A stretch of DNA of 32,000 bases from Acaryochloris marina S15 (GCF_018336915.1 NZ_CP064927.1:60001-92000); one strand, 5' to 3'. Shown: positions 18,384 through 25,785, counted from the first letter of the stretch. Translations and numbers: made by a program. The notes: generated by a model not told the origin, from the sequence alone.

Positions 18384-18420
18384 ACAACTCTTCGTCAGGG
18401 CACAGTCCACCAACGGAGAG
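18374..18420 (+). promoter_or_regulatory. candidate -1 frameshift site (A_AAA_AAG + 0-frame TAG + downstream hairpin), or the scar of a 1-nt homopolymer deletion
   Basis: The 0-frame codons are CTA AAA AAG TAG. The heptamer at 18374-18380 is in the correct phase. The -1 frame is open from 18323 and reads ...KKVDNSSSG...NLPRSGVVKFVGRDQ into the NB-ARC ORF. CTCTTCG (18388-18394) can pair with CGGAGAG (18414-18420), 7 nt after the heptamer. Confidence 0.4.
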
Positions 18421-18520
18421 TCATCAGGGCCAGGGACCAGAAGCCTCGTCATCTTCCCAGGCAAGTCCCCCTCATAACCTCCCTCGCAGCGGTGTCGTTA
18501 AATTTGTCGGTCGTGACCAA

Positions 18521-20674
18521 ATGCTGCAGGACTTGCACCAGCTCCTCCAAAAGAACAATCCAGTAGCCCTCACTGCATTAGCAGGCATGGGTGGGATCGG
18601 AAAGACTGAACTTGCCCTGCAATATGCCATCTCCCAGCTCGATCAGGGTCAGTACCCTGGAGGACTTTGCTGGCTGCGAGTGAAAGGCCAGGAGCTAGCC
18701 GCCCAAATTATCGAATTTGCCCAGACCAAGTTAGTCCTGACCCTCCCGGATAGACTCGATGAAGACCAACAGGTGAGTTATATCTGGGGGCAATGGCCCA
18801 TCGGAAAGGTGCTGATTATTTTTGATGATGTGATGGACCTTAAGACTGTCCAACCGTACTTACCGCCATCAGATCCACGGTATAAAGTACTGATCACCAC
18901 CCGACAGGATTTAGGTCTATCCGTTCATTCCCTTTCCATTAAAGAACTGAGCGATACGAGTGCCTTATCCCTACTGAGAACCTTAGTTGGAGCCGACCGC
19001 ATTGATGCTCAGCTCGACGATGCCCAAGCCTTATGTGAATGGGTGGGTAAATTGCCCTTGGGACTAGAGTTAGTGGGACGGTATCTAGCCAGAAAGCCAG
19101 ACTGGTCCCTCCAAAAGCTGATCAAGCGACTTGACTCCAAGCGACTGGAAGCCAAAGCCCTGACGACTCCAGCATCAGGAATGACCGCACAGTTTGGGGT
19201 CGCTGCTGCGTTGGAATTAAGCTGGGTAGAGCTGAATGAGGCAGAGCAGGAACTGGCTTGCTTTTTGGGGATGTTTGCGGTTGCTCCTATTCCTTGGACT
19301 TTGGTTGAAGGATGTCTATCCGAACAGGATAAGGATGACTTAGAAGACATCAGAGATGAAGGTTTGAAAGATAGGAACCTACTCAAACGAATAGAACAGA
19401 GTACCTACCAACTCCATCAAATTGTTCAGGAGTTCTTTCGGATTAAGTTGAATGAGGATTCCGAACAGGGGAAATCCCTCAAAGCCGATTATTGCAGAGG
19501 AATGGTTGCAGTTGCTCAGGGTATTGATGACAGTCCAACGCTTGATGTGATTGCCCAGATGAGTGCCAGCATTCCCCATCTAGAGGAACTGATCAACCAG
19601 TGGATTGACCACCTCGGTGATGATCAATTGATTTGGCCCTATGTCGGTATTGGTCGATTTTATGAAGGGCAAGGGAACTATGCATTGGCTTTACCTTGGA
19701 GACAAAAATGCCTGGAACAGACTCAACAAAGATTGGGCACCGAACACCCCGATGTCGCTCTTAGCCTCAATAACCTGGCATTACTCTACGACAACCAAGG
19801 ACGGTATGAGGAGGCAGAACCCCTCTATACACAAGCTTTACAGATGACACAGAAGCTCTTGGGCAACGAACACCTCTCTGTCGCTCTTAGCCTCAATAAC
19901 CTGGCAGGACTCTACGAGAACCAAGGACGGTATGAGGAGGCAGAACCCCTCTATACACAAGCCCTACAAATGAAAAAGAAGCTCTTGGGCAATGAACACC
20001 TCTCTGTCGCTCTTAGCCTCAATAACCTGGCAGGACTCTACGAGAACCAAGGACGGTATGAGGAGGCAGAACCCCTCTATACACAAGCCCTACAAATGAA
20101 AAAGAAGCTCTTGGGCAATGAACACCCCTCTGTCGCAACTAGCCTCAATAACCTGGCAGCACTCTACAAAAACCAAGGACGGTATGAGGAGGCAGAACCC
20201 CTCTATAAACAAGCCCTACAGATGAGACAGAAGCTCTTGGGCAATGAACACCCCGATGTCGCTGGTAGCCTCAATAACCTGGCAGCACTCTACGACAACC
20301 AAGGACGGTATGAGGAGGCAGAACCCCTCTATACACAAGCCTTACAAATGACACAGAAGCTATTGGGCAATGAACACCCCTATGTCGCTCTTAGCCTCAA
20401 TAACCTGGCAGCACTCTACAAAAACCAAGGACGGTATGAGGAGGCAGAACCCCTCTATACACAAGCCTTACAAATGACACAGAAGCTATTGGGCAATGAA
20501 CACCCCTATGTCGCTCTTAGCCTCAATAACCTGGCATTACTCTACAAAAACCAAGGACGGTATGAGGAGGCCAAATCTTATTTAAAGCAAGCACTAAAGA
20601 TAGTAGAGGTCGTCTTGGGTCCAGAGCATCCTTCTACTCGGACCATGCAAAATAACTTAGAGTCCATCCCCTAG
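18521..20674 (+). CDS. STAND NTPase: NB-ARC + TPR array (conserved coding sequence extends upstream to at least 18380 without a start codon)
   Basis: LAGMGGIGKTELA (P-loop), VLIIFDDV, VLITTRQ and VGKLPLGLELVGRYL, then 7 near-identical 42-aa TPR units (LGNEHP.VA.SLNNLA.LY.NQGRYEEAEPLYTQALQM.QKL). The first ATG (18521) cuts off the conserved NLPRSGVVKFVGRDQ segment that precedes the P-loop. Confidence 0.85.
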   Translation: MLQDLHQLLQKNNPVALTALAGMGGIGKTELALQYAISQLDQGQYPGGLCWLRVKGQELAAQIIEFAQTKLVLTLPDRLDEDQQVSYIWGQWPIGKVLIIFDDVMDLKTVQPYLPPSDPRYKVLITTRQDLGLSVHSLSIKELSDTSALSLLRTLVGADRIDAQLDDAQALCEWVGKLPLGLELVGRYLARKPDWSLQKLIKRLDSKRLEAKALTTPASGMTAQFGVAAALELSWVELNEAEQELACFLGMFAVAPIPWTLVEGCLSEQDKDDLEDIRDEGLKDRNLLKRIEQSTYQLHQIVQEFFRIKLNEDSEQGKSLKADYCRGMVAVAQGIDDSPTLDVIAQMSASIPHLEELINQWIDHLGDDQLIWPYVGIGRFYEGQGNYALALPWRQKCLEQTQQRLGTEHPDVALSLNNLALLYDNQGRYEEAEPLYTQALQMTQKLLGNEHLSVALSLNNLAGLYENQGRYEEAEPLYTQALQMKKKLLGNEHLSVALSLNNLAGLYENQGRYEEAEPLYTQALQMKKKLLGNEHPSVATSLNNLAALYKNQGRYEEAEPLYKQALQMRQKLLGNEHPDVAGSLNNLAALYDNQGRYEEAEPLYTQALQMTQKLLGNEHPYVALSLNNLAALYKNQGRYEEAEPLYTQALQMTQKLLGNEHPYVALSLNNLALLYKNQGRYEEAKSYLKQALKIVEVVLGPEHPSTRTMQNNLESIP
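19733..20614 (+). repeat. 7 x 126-bp near-identical tandem coding repeat (TPR units)
   Basis: TTGGGCAA(C/T)GAACACC recurs at 19733, 19859, 19985, 20111, 20237, 20363 and 20489. Units 19859-19984 and 19985-20110 differ at a single nucleotide. Confidence 0.95.
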
Positions 20675-20812
20675 AAAGCCACCAACCAAGACCAAATCAA
20701 TCAAAGTCAGTCCTGGCAAGAACTTCATGTTGTTAGTCGAGATCGCAAACGTACAGCAATCGCCACCTATATAGAGTTGTATGGCATACCGATAGCTATT
20801 CTCGTGCTTTTA

Positions 20813-21754
20813 TAGCACTACGAAACTGTGTTAGTACTATAAATAGAAGCTATCACTGCAGAAGTATGCCAGCCCCCTATAGTTATGACCTTCGCTGCAA
20901 AGCGATTGCTGCGGTCAAGAATGGAGAACGGAAAGTCGACGTATGCCGGATGTTAAACATCAGTCGGAACACCTTGCACTTATGGATAGCGCGAGAGGAA
21001 TCGACCGGTGATTGTCAGGCCATTACCCACTACCAGCAAGGAGCTCGCCACAAAATTACAGATTGGGAGCGCTTTCGTGAATTTGCTCAAGAGCATGGGG
21101 GAAAGACTCAGGCCCAAATGGCTAAATTATGGGGTGATAATGTCACCCAGCAAAATATCAGTGATGCCTTGAAGAAATTAGGCTTGAGTCGAAAAAAAAG
21201 ACCTATGGCTATCGAGAACGGGATGAAACGCAACGCCAAGCCTTTATAGAGCGGTTACAGACCAAACATCCTCACCAGATAGTCTATGTGGATGAAGCAG
21301 GTATCGATAATCGAGCGGATTATCCCTATGGATATTGCCCCATTGGTCAACGATTCTATGACCTTAAATCAGGCAAGCGGACAGAGCGAGTCAGTTTCAT
21401 TGCTGCGCTCAAAGAGCGACAGTTATTTGCCCCGATGACTTTCGAAGGGTCTTGCAATCGTTTGTTATTTGAGGCGTGGTTACAGCAGAGTCTCCTGCCC
21501 CAGCTGCACCCTGGCGATATTATCGTGATTGATAATGCCAGTTTTCACCATGGACAAAGTATCGAAGAAATCGTAGCTGAAGCAGGGTGTGAGATTTGGT
21601 ATCTACCGAGCTATTCTCCTGATCTCAACAAAATTGAGCGATGGTGGTTTGTATTCAAAAACTGGATGAAGCAGCGATGGGATGAGTTTGACACTTTTCG
21701 TGATTGTGTAGATGCTGCCTTTAAGGAGTGTACTAACGTATTCCCGTAGTGCTA
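20813..21754 (+). mobile_element. IS630-family insertion sequence (942 bp) with TA target duplication
   Basis: Termini are TAGCACTACG...TTAGTAC (20813-) and the reverse complement TAGCACTACG...TTAGTAC (-21754). Each is flanked by TA (20811-12 and 21755-56). A two-frame transposase lies inside. Confidence 0.8.
20866..21749 (+). CDS. IS630-family transposase, expressed via a -1 frameshift at an A8 run (orfA 20866-21249, orfB frame to 21749)
   Basis: orfA is an HTH (MPAPYSYDLRCKAIAAVKNGE...LNISRNTLHLWI). After CGA AAA AAA A (A-run 21192-21199) the -1 frame reads KTYGYRERDETQRQAFIERLQ...VYVDEAGID...VIDNASFHH...LPSYSPDLNKIERWW, a DDE_3 domain with the D,D,D/E triad. Confidence 0.8.
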
Positions 21755-21790
21755 TATTCTTCATCAGGATAGGGAGTTTTATCTTCCAGC

Positions 21791-22082
21791 ATGAAAAGAC
21801 GATTTTTTACTTTTTGCATCCTCGACTGATAAGAATCCAAAGGCATACTTAATTGGAGATGCTAAGAAAAATGCCAGACATATAGAATCTAGACAAGGAA
21901 AGAGAGGGAATCAGTTTCGAGCAATTATTGGATATGCAGATCTAGAAAATAAACACCAATATATTCCTGTCGCAACCTATATAACAATATTTGACAACCA
22001 AAAAAATGAAGAAAAACTAAAGGAGCGAGCTAACAAAAAAGGGGTTCACTTATTTGTCGTTAGTTTCTTCCCAGAACGATAA
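21791..22082 (+). pseudogene. small hypothetical gene upstream of the ankyrin gene, lacking an in-frame start
   Basis: A 95-codon open frame at 21795-22082 (KDDFLLFASSTDKNPKAYLIGDAKKNARHIESRQGKRGNQFRAIIGYADLENKHQYIPVATYITIFDN...GVHLFVVSFFPER*) contains no ATG/GTG/TTG. ATG 21791 is one base out of frame across an A4 run. The stop lies 13 nt before the ankyrin ATG. Confidence 0.3.
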
Positions 22083-22095
22083 GCAAATTTTTATT

Positions 22096-23130
22096 ATGTC
22101 AGAAAAGATAAATCCTGAATGGCTTAACTTGAGGAATGCGATTAAAAGTAATCAAATAGATAAATTCACCGCTATATTTTGCAAAAAAAAATGGAGTGAG
22201 CATGATCTAGTACATGCTTTAGTACTCGCCTCAAAATATGAGTCTCTAGAAATACTACTAACACTTATAAAATATGGTGCAGATATAAATCTTACTGTTG
22301 GGGAGGAAACAGCACTAGCTACTGCAGTAGATGAAGGTAATTATGAAATCGCTTCTATTCTTCTGGATGCTGGTGCTAATCCTTCACTTCCAATCAATAG
22401 TGAGGTTCATCCTCCATTATTTATTGCTGCTAACAATGGGGATTTAGACATAGTTAAACTCCTAGTCAATGCTGGTGCAAATGTCAACCAGACTATATGT
22501 GGAGAACCTCCGATTATTAATGCTGCCTTGTCAGGTCATCAAAATATATATAACTTCTTATTACCCATGACACAATCAGAATTATTGGGTGATGCGGAGT
22601 ATTTCTTGCAGAAAGGGATTCGACAGAATTTTAGAGATGAAAATATCAATCCTATAATGGAAAATGCTTATGATGTAGTGCGTAAGGGCAGTATTGGTGA
22701 GGTCAAAAAACTTTTAACTGGAAACATCCCAATTAATGATTTTACTCAATATGGATCAACATTATTAAATAGTGCTGTTATTAGAAGACCAGTAGAGTCT
22801 CGACTACCAGTTACTCTTGCTTTACTTGAATCTGGAGCCGATCCAAATTTAGCTGATGACTATGATGATATGACACCTATTATGCGAACTAGGCAGATTG
22901 AAATTATTTCTACTTTGATAAATTTTGGTGCGGATGTCAATGCAATGACTCATGACAAGACAACTGCTTTAATTGAAGCTTCTAAGTATCGCCATTCCCT
23001 CGCTGTCAAAGTTCTTTTAGAGTCGGGTGCGGACCCGAAGCATAAAGATTCAGCAAATATGAATGCAATGGACTACGCTCTGGAGAATCAGCATTCAGAT
23101 ATCATTCTTTTCTTTAAAGAATCAGCATAG
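22096..23130 (+). CDS. ankyrin-repeat protein
   Basis: Repeated ..AL..A...G..EI...LL..GA(D/N)(I/V/P)N units (e.g. TALATAVDEGNYEIASILLDAGANPSL; PLFIAANNGDLDIVKLLVNAGANVN; TALIEASKYRHSLAVKVLLESGADPKH). ATG 22096 is preferred over TTG 22054 because the upstream frame ends at 22082. GC is markedly low (~35% by eye). Confidence 0.85.
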   Translation: MSEKINPEWLNLRNAIKSNQIDKFTAIFCKKKWSEHDLVHALVLASKYESLEILLTLIKYGADINLTVGEETALATAVDEGNYEIASILLDAGANPSLPINSEVHPPLFIAANNGDLDIVKLLVNAGANVNQTICGEPPIINAALSGHQNIYNFLLPMTQSELLGDAEYFLQKGIRQNFRDENINPIMENAYDVVRKGSIGEVKKLLTGNIPINDFTQYGSTLLNSAVIRRPVESRLPVTLALLESGADPNLADDYDDMTPIMRTRQIEIISTLINFGADVNAMTHDKTTALIEASKYRHSLAVKVLLESGADPKHKDSANMNAMDYALENQHSDIILFFKESA

Positions 23131-23166
23131 TTGGGGGAGAGTGATTAAACCGGGGGAAAATATATA

Positions 23167-23678
23167 GGGGTATGACAACGATTCCTCGGATAGGAAATTG
23201 TCAGCTTTGAGTAGTCAAAATTGAGGGATTTGCATCCATCTGATAGGCTGATTGCTTACCCTAAGCTAACCCCCGTCTACCTTCCATGGATTGTCCTCAC
23301 TGCCACTCAACCCGAGTCTCTTTTCTTCAGCGTAAAACGAACCTCGGGTATGACATGTTCCGCTGTAAGCAATGCCGCCGCACTTACAATGAACGCACAG
23401 GCACTCCCTTCAATTTTATTGCAGTCCCCACAGACATAGTATTCCAGGCACTCCTACTCCGAGTACGCTACAAACTCAGCTACCGAGATGTGGCCGAGTA
23501 CTTCTTGATCCGTGGCTTTACATTTACCCATGAAACCGTGCGAGATTGGGAAGCAAAGTTCTTGCCTCACTTTAGTGAACAGATTCGGACTAAACGGCCT
23601 CAAACGACCGAAGCTGCGTTTTGGGGCAGCTTAAACCTAAAAGTCATGAATAGCAACGGTTTCAGATACTCTCATTAA
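23167..23678 (+). mobile_element. IS6-family element, left end with truncated transposase (pseudogene)
   Basis: The terminus GGGGTATGACAACGATTC lies at 23167-23184. ORF 23286-23678 begins with a zinc ribbon CPHC...RCKQC, followed by ERTGTPFNFIAVPTDIVFQALLLRVRYKLSYRDVAEYFLIRGFTFTHETVRDWEAKF (IS6-type HTH). No DDE core follows; the sequence diverges after ~aa 105. Confidence 0.6.
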
Positions 23679-24286
23679 ATGTTGCTTATTGAAAATCTAG
23701 TCAGCTCGCAAACGCTGTAACGCCAGAAATTGGTTCAGTGCCATAGTGCATTTATACTAAATTGCCCCATATCGCAGCTTCCGTTGTTTTAGGCCTCTTA
23801 GGGCCGCTGATGTCACTATTCTCCTCGACGTCAGCAGGTTGACGTCATACAGCAGGTGCGCACGCAGAAATTGGAGGTACCTCTTCCGAAGTAGGCCTGG
23901 ACTGCCCGATAGATGCCCTGAAATATTGATAGTCCCTCGACTCTGCCAAATTATCTGGCAGTTCCCGAGCAATGTTTTGCCTCAGCTTTTTAATGAAGTT
24001 AATAATAGCGACGCTTGTTTTTTCCACGTCCGAAATACGGAAGAACGTCAGGCAGCACTTCAATACCTCGGAATCGAAGAGAGGACAACGCCTGGCTGAT
24101 TGCCATATTTCCCTTCTGAACTCACTTTTCAGGGCTGAACTATACACCGCCTAACAAATCGATGCAGTCGGACATTTGAGCTTGTTCGTTGGCCATAACC
24201 AGAAAAGCATAATGTTGCCGGAGCGGCAAAGTTATGGTGTGTACGACATTACAGAGTCGGGCCTGGGAAGACCATTATTTCGTGTA

Positions 24287-24306
24287 ATTTTTCGTGTAAT
24301 ACAGAT
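24287..24306 (+). repeat. 20-bp direct repeat copy 1 (ATTTTTCGTGTAATACAGAT), candidate attL
   Basis: Identical to 31725-31744. It lies 76 nt upstream of the recombinase ATG, is preceded by a partial tandem copy (TTTCGTGTAAT, 24278-24288), and overlaps the palindrome CAGATTTT-GGTAT-AAAATCTG (24302-24322). Confidence 0.6.
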
Positions 24307-24381
24307 TTTGGTATAAAATCTGGAATTAAAATCTCCGATCTAATATAGTGATCTGCAAGTGCTGATTCAGTGGTGTAATTT

Positions 24382-25785
24382 ATGTCGCGTTTCTCTCAAA
24401 CTTCCGACATCCCGCCTGTGCGTCTCATTGAGTTTGAAAAGGGAAAATCAGAGGAGAGCAGGACCCCGATTCCGGTGAAGCCAGCGGTGGTGAATCTGAG
24501 ATCGCAACGAATCGAACAGTTCCTCACCCTGAAGAATCTGGCGGCCAACACCCAGCGAAACTATGAACGTCATTTGAGGCAGTTCAGTTTGTGGGTGAAT
24601 AAGGACTGGCATCAGATTACCATGAACGATCTGAAGCGCTACAAGACTTATCTGGAGTCGGGTCGGGAGTTGAAGCAGGGGTCAGTGGGGGCTGTCCTGA
24701 TTGCGATCAAGAGCTTCTTCTCTTGGTTGATCAAGGCTGGGTATATCGAGGATGACCCCAGTGCAGCGATTAGTATTCCCGTGACCCCAGAGACTGAGGG
24801 AAAGAACCTGGAACTGTTTCAGGTGGAGGCCCTGTTTGAAGCGTTGGTAGGTCGGAGTACTGAGATCCGGGACCGAGCCATTCTCTGTTTGATGATCTAT
24901 GCCGGGTTAAGAGCTGAGGAAATCTCTCTGCTGAATGCCGGGGATTATAACGGGGTGGAGATCACAATTCGGCAGGCCAAGCATGGGTCCGTGGGTAAGG
25001 TGCCAGTCGATGATCTAACGGATGAAGCCCTAAGAGCAAATCTCCAAATTCGGATGAAGGACTGCGAGGGAGGGATGGCAGCGGATGATCCGATGTTTGC
25101 CTCTACGAGTCATCGAAATAAGGGGCAGCGGTTGGGGTATGAGGGCATCTATAAGCTGGTCAAGGCTTTGGCTCAGGATGCTGGCTGGCCTGATATTCAT
25201 CCCCATAAAGGACGACATACCTATGCCAGTCAGTTGATTGAGAATGGCATGGATGCTTACCTGGCGATGACATTGATGCGGCAGCGATCTGTGAAGGCAT
25301 TCGAGGTCTATTCCCAGAAGGTCAGGTATCGGACGGCTAAAGGAGTATTTCTGGAAAACAAAGGGGAGATGGAGCGACAGCCCATGTCTTTGGAAGAGCT
25401 GGTTGAATTTAGCGAGGTGCCAGTGGTAGAAAAGGCGATTGAGCTCAAAGTTGTCACTGAGGAGCCTGCGAACTGGCCCAAGATTACTGCGGTGGATCTG
25501 CCCTTGAATGCGGTTCAGGTGAGGCTGACGGTTGAGGTTTCAGGGAAGAAAAAGGCCAAGGTTAGAAAGGAGATCGAGGAGCGGGTGCTGAGTCAGTTTC
25601 AGATGGTCAAACCCAAGCCGAGAGGGAATGAGTATGAGCTGACGGTTGTTGGGGAAGACAATGAATTGTCAGCGATTCTCTCGCAGATGGAGTGGGATAT
25701 AACTCTGCTGGCGGAGTTGGATGATTGCTCAGTGAAAGTCAAGTGGCTCAAGGAAGTCCCTGGGTCAAGGGATGCCATTTCATGA
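24382..25785 (+). CDS. tyrosine recombinase/integrase (XerC/D-like core) with ~130-aa C-terminal extension
   Basis: N-terminal SAM-like core-binding region (TQRNYERHLRQFSLWV...IKSFFSWLIKAGYIEDDP). The catalytic domain has IYAGLRAEEIS (Arg I), IHPHKGRHTYAS (His/Arg II) and AFEVYSQ (candidate Tyr). Residues ~335-467 have no counterpart in standard Xer proteins. Confidence 0.8.
   Translation: MSRFSQTSDIPPVRLIEFEKGKSEESRTPIPVKPAVVNLRSQRIEQFLTLKNLAANTQRNYERHLRQFSLWVNKDWHQITMNDLKRYKTYLESGRELKQGSVGAVLIAIKSFFSWLIKAGYIEDDPSAAISIPVTPETEGKNLELFQVEALFEALVGRSTEIRDRAILCLMIYAGLRAEEISLLNAGDYNGVEITIRQAKHGSVGKVPVDDLTDEALRANLQIRMKDCEGGMAADDPMFASTSHRNKGQRLGYEGIYKLVKALAQDAGWPDIHPHKGRHTYASQLIENGMDAYLAMTLMRQRSVKAFEVYSQKVRYRTAKGVFLENKGEMERQPMSLEELVEFSEVPVVEKAIELKVVTEEPANWPKITAVDLPLNAVQVRLTVEVSGKKKAKVRKEIEERVLSQFQMVKPKPRGNEYELTVVGEDNELSAILSQMEWDITLLAELDDCSVKVKWLKEVPGSRDAIS

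Noticed and set aside
1212-20614. Strictly periodic repeats (69 bp and 126 bp) considered as possible CRISPR arrays
   Set aside because: There is no alternation of conserved repeats with unique spacers, because the whole unit is conserved. The periods are multiples of 3 and in frame with LRR/WD40/TPR proteins. No cas genes are present.
23757-24154. ORFs 23845-24147 (-), 23757-23972 (-), 23839-24099 (+) between the IS6 fragment and the recombinase
   Set aside because: The frames mutually overlap, carry no recognisable domain and have no clear start context. They may be a decayed gene, but I cannot support a call.
24193-24237. Nested hairpin CCATAAC...TTGCCG-GAG-CGGCAA-A-GTTATGG about 50 bp left of the 20-bp repeat
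   Set aside because: It could be a terminator or an accessory recombination site. However, no U-tract follows, there is a 15-nt internal bulge, and nothing can be tested for covariation from one sequence.
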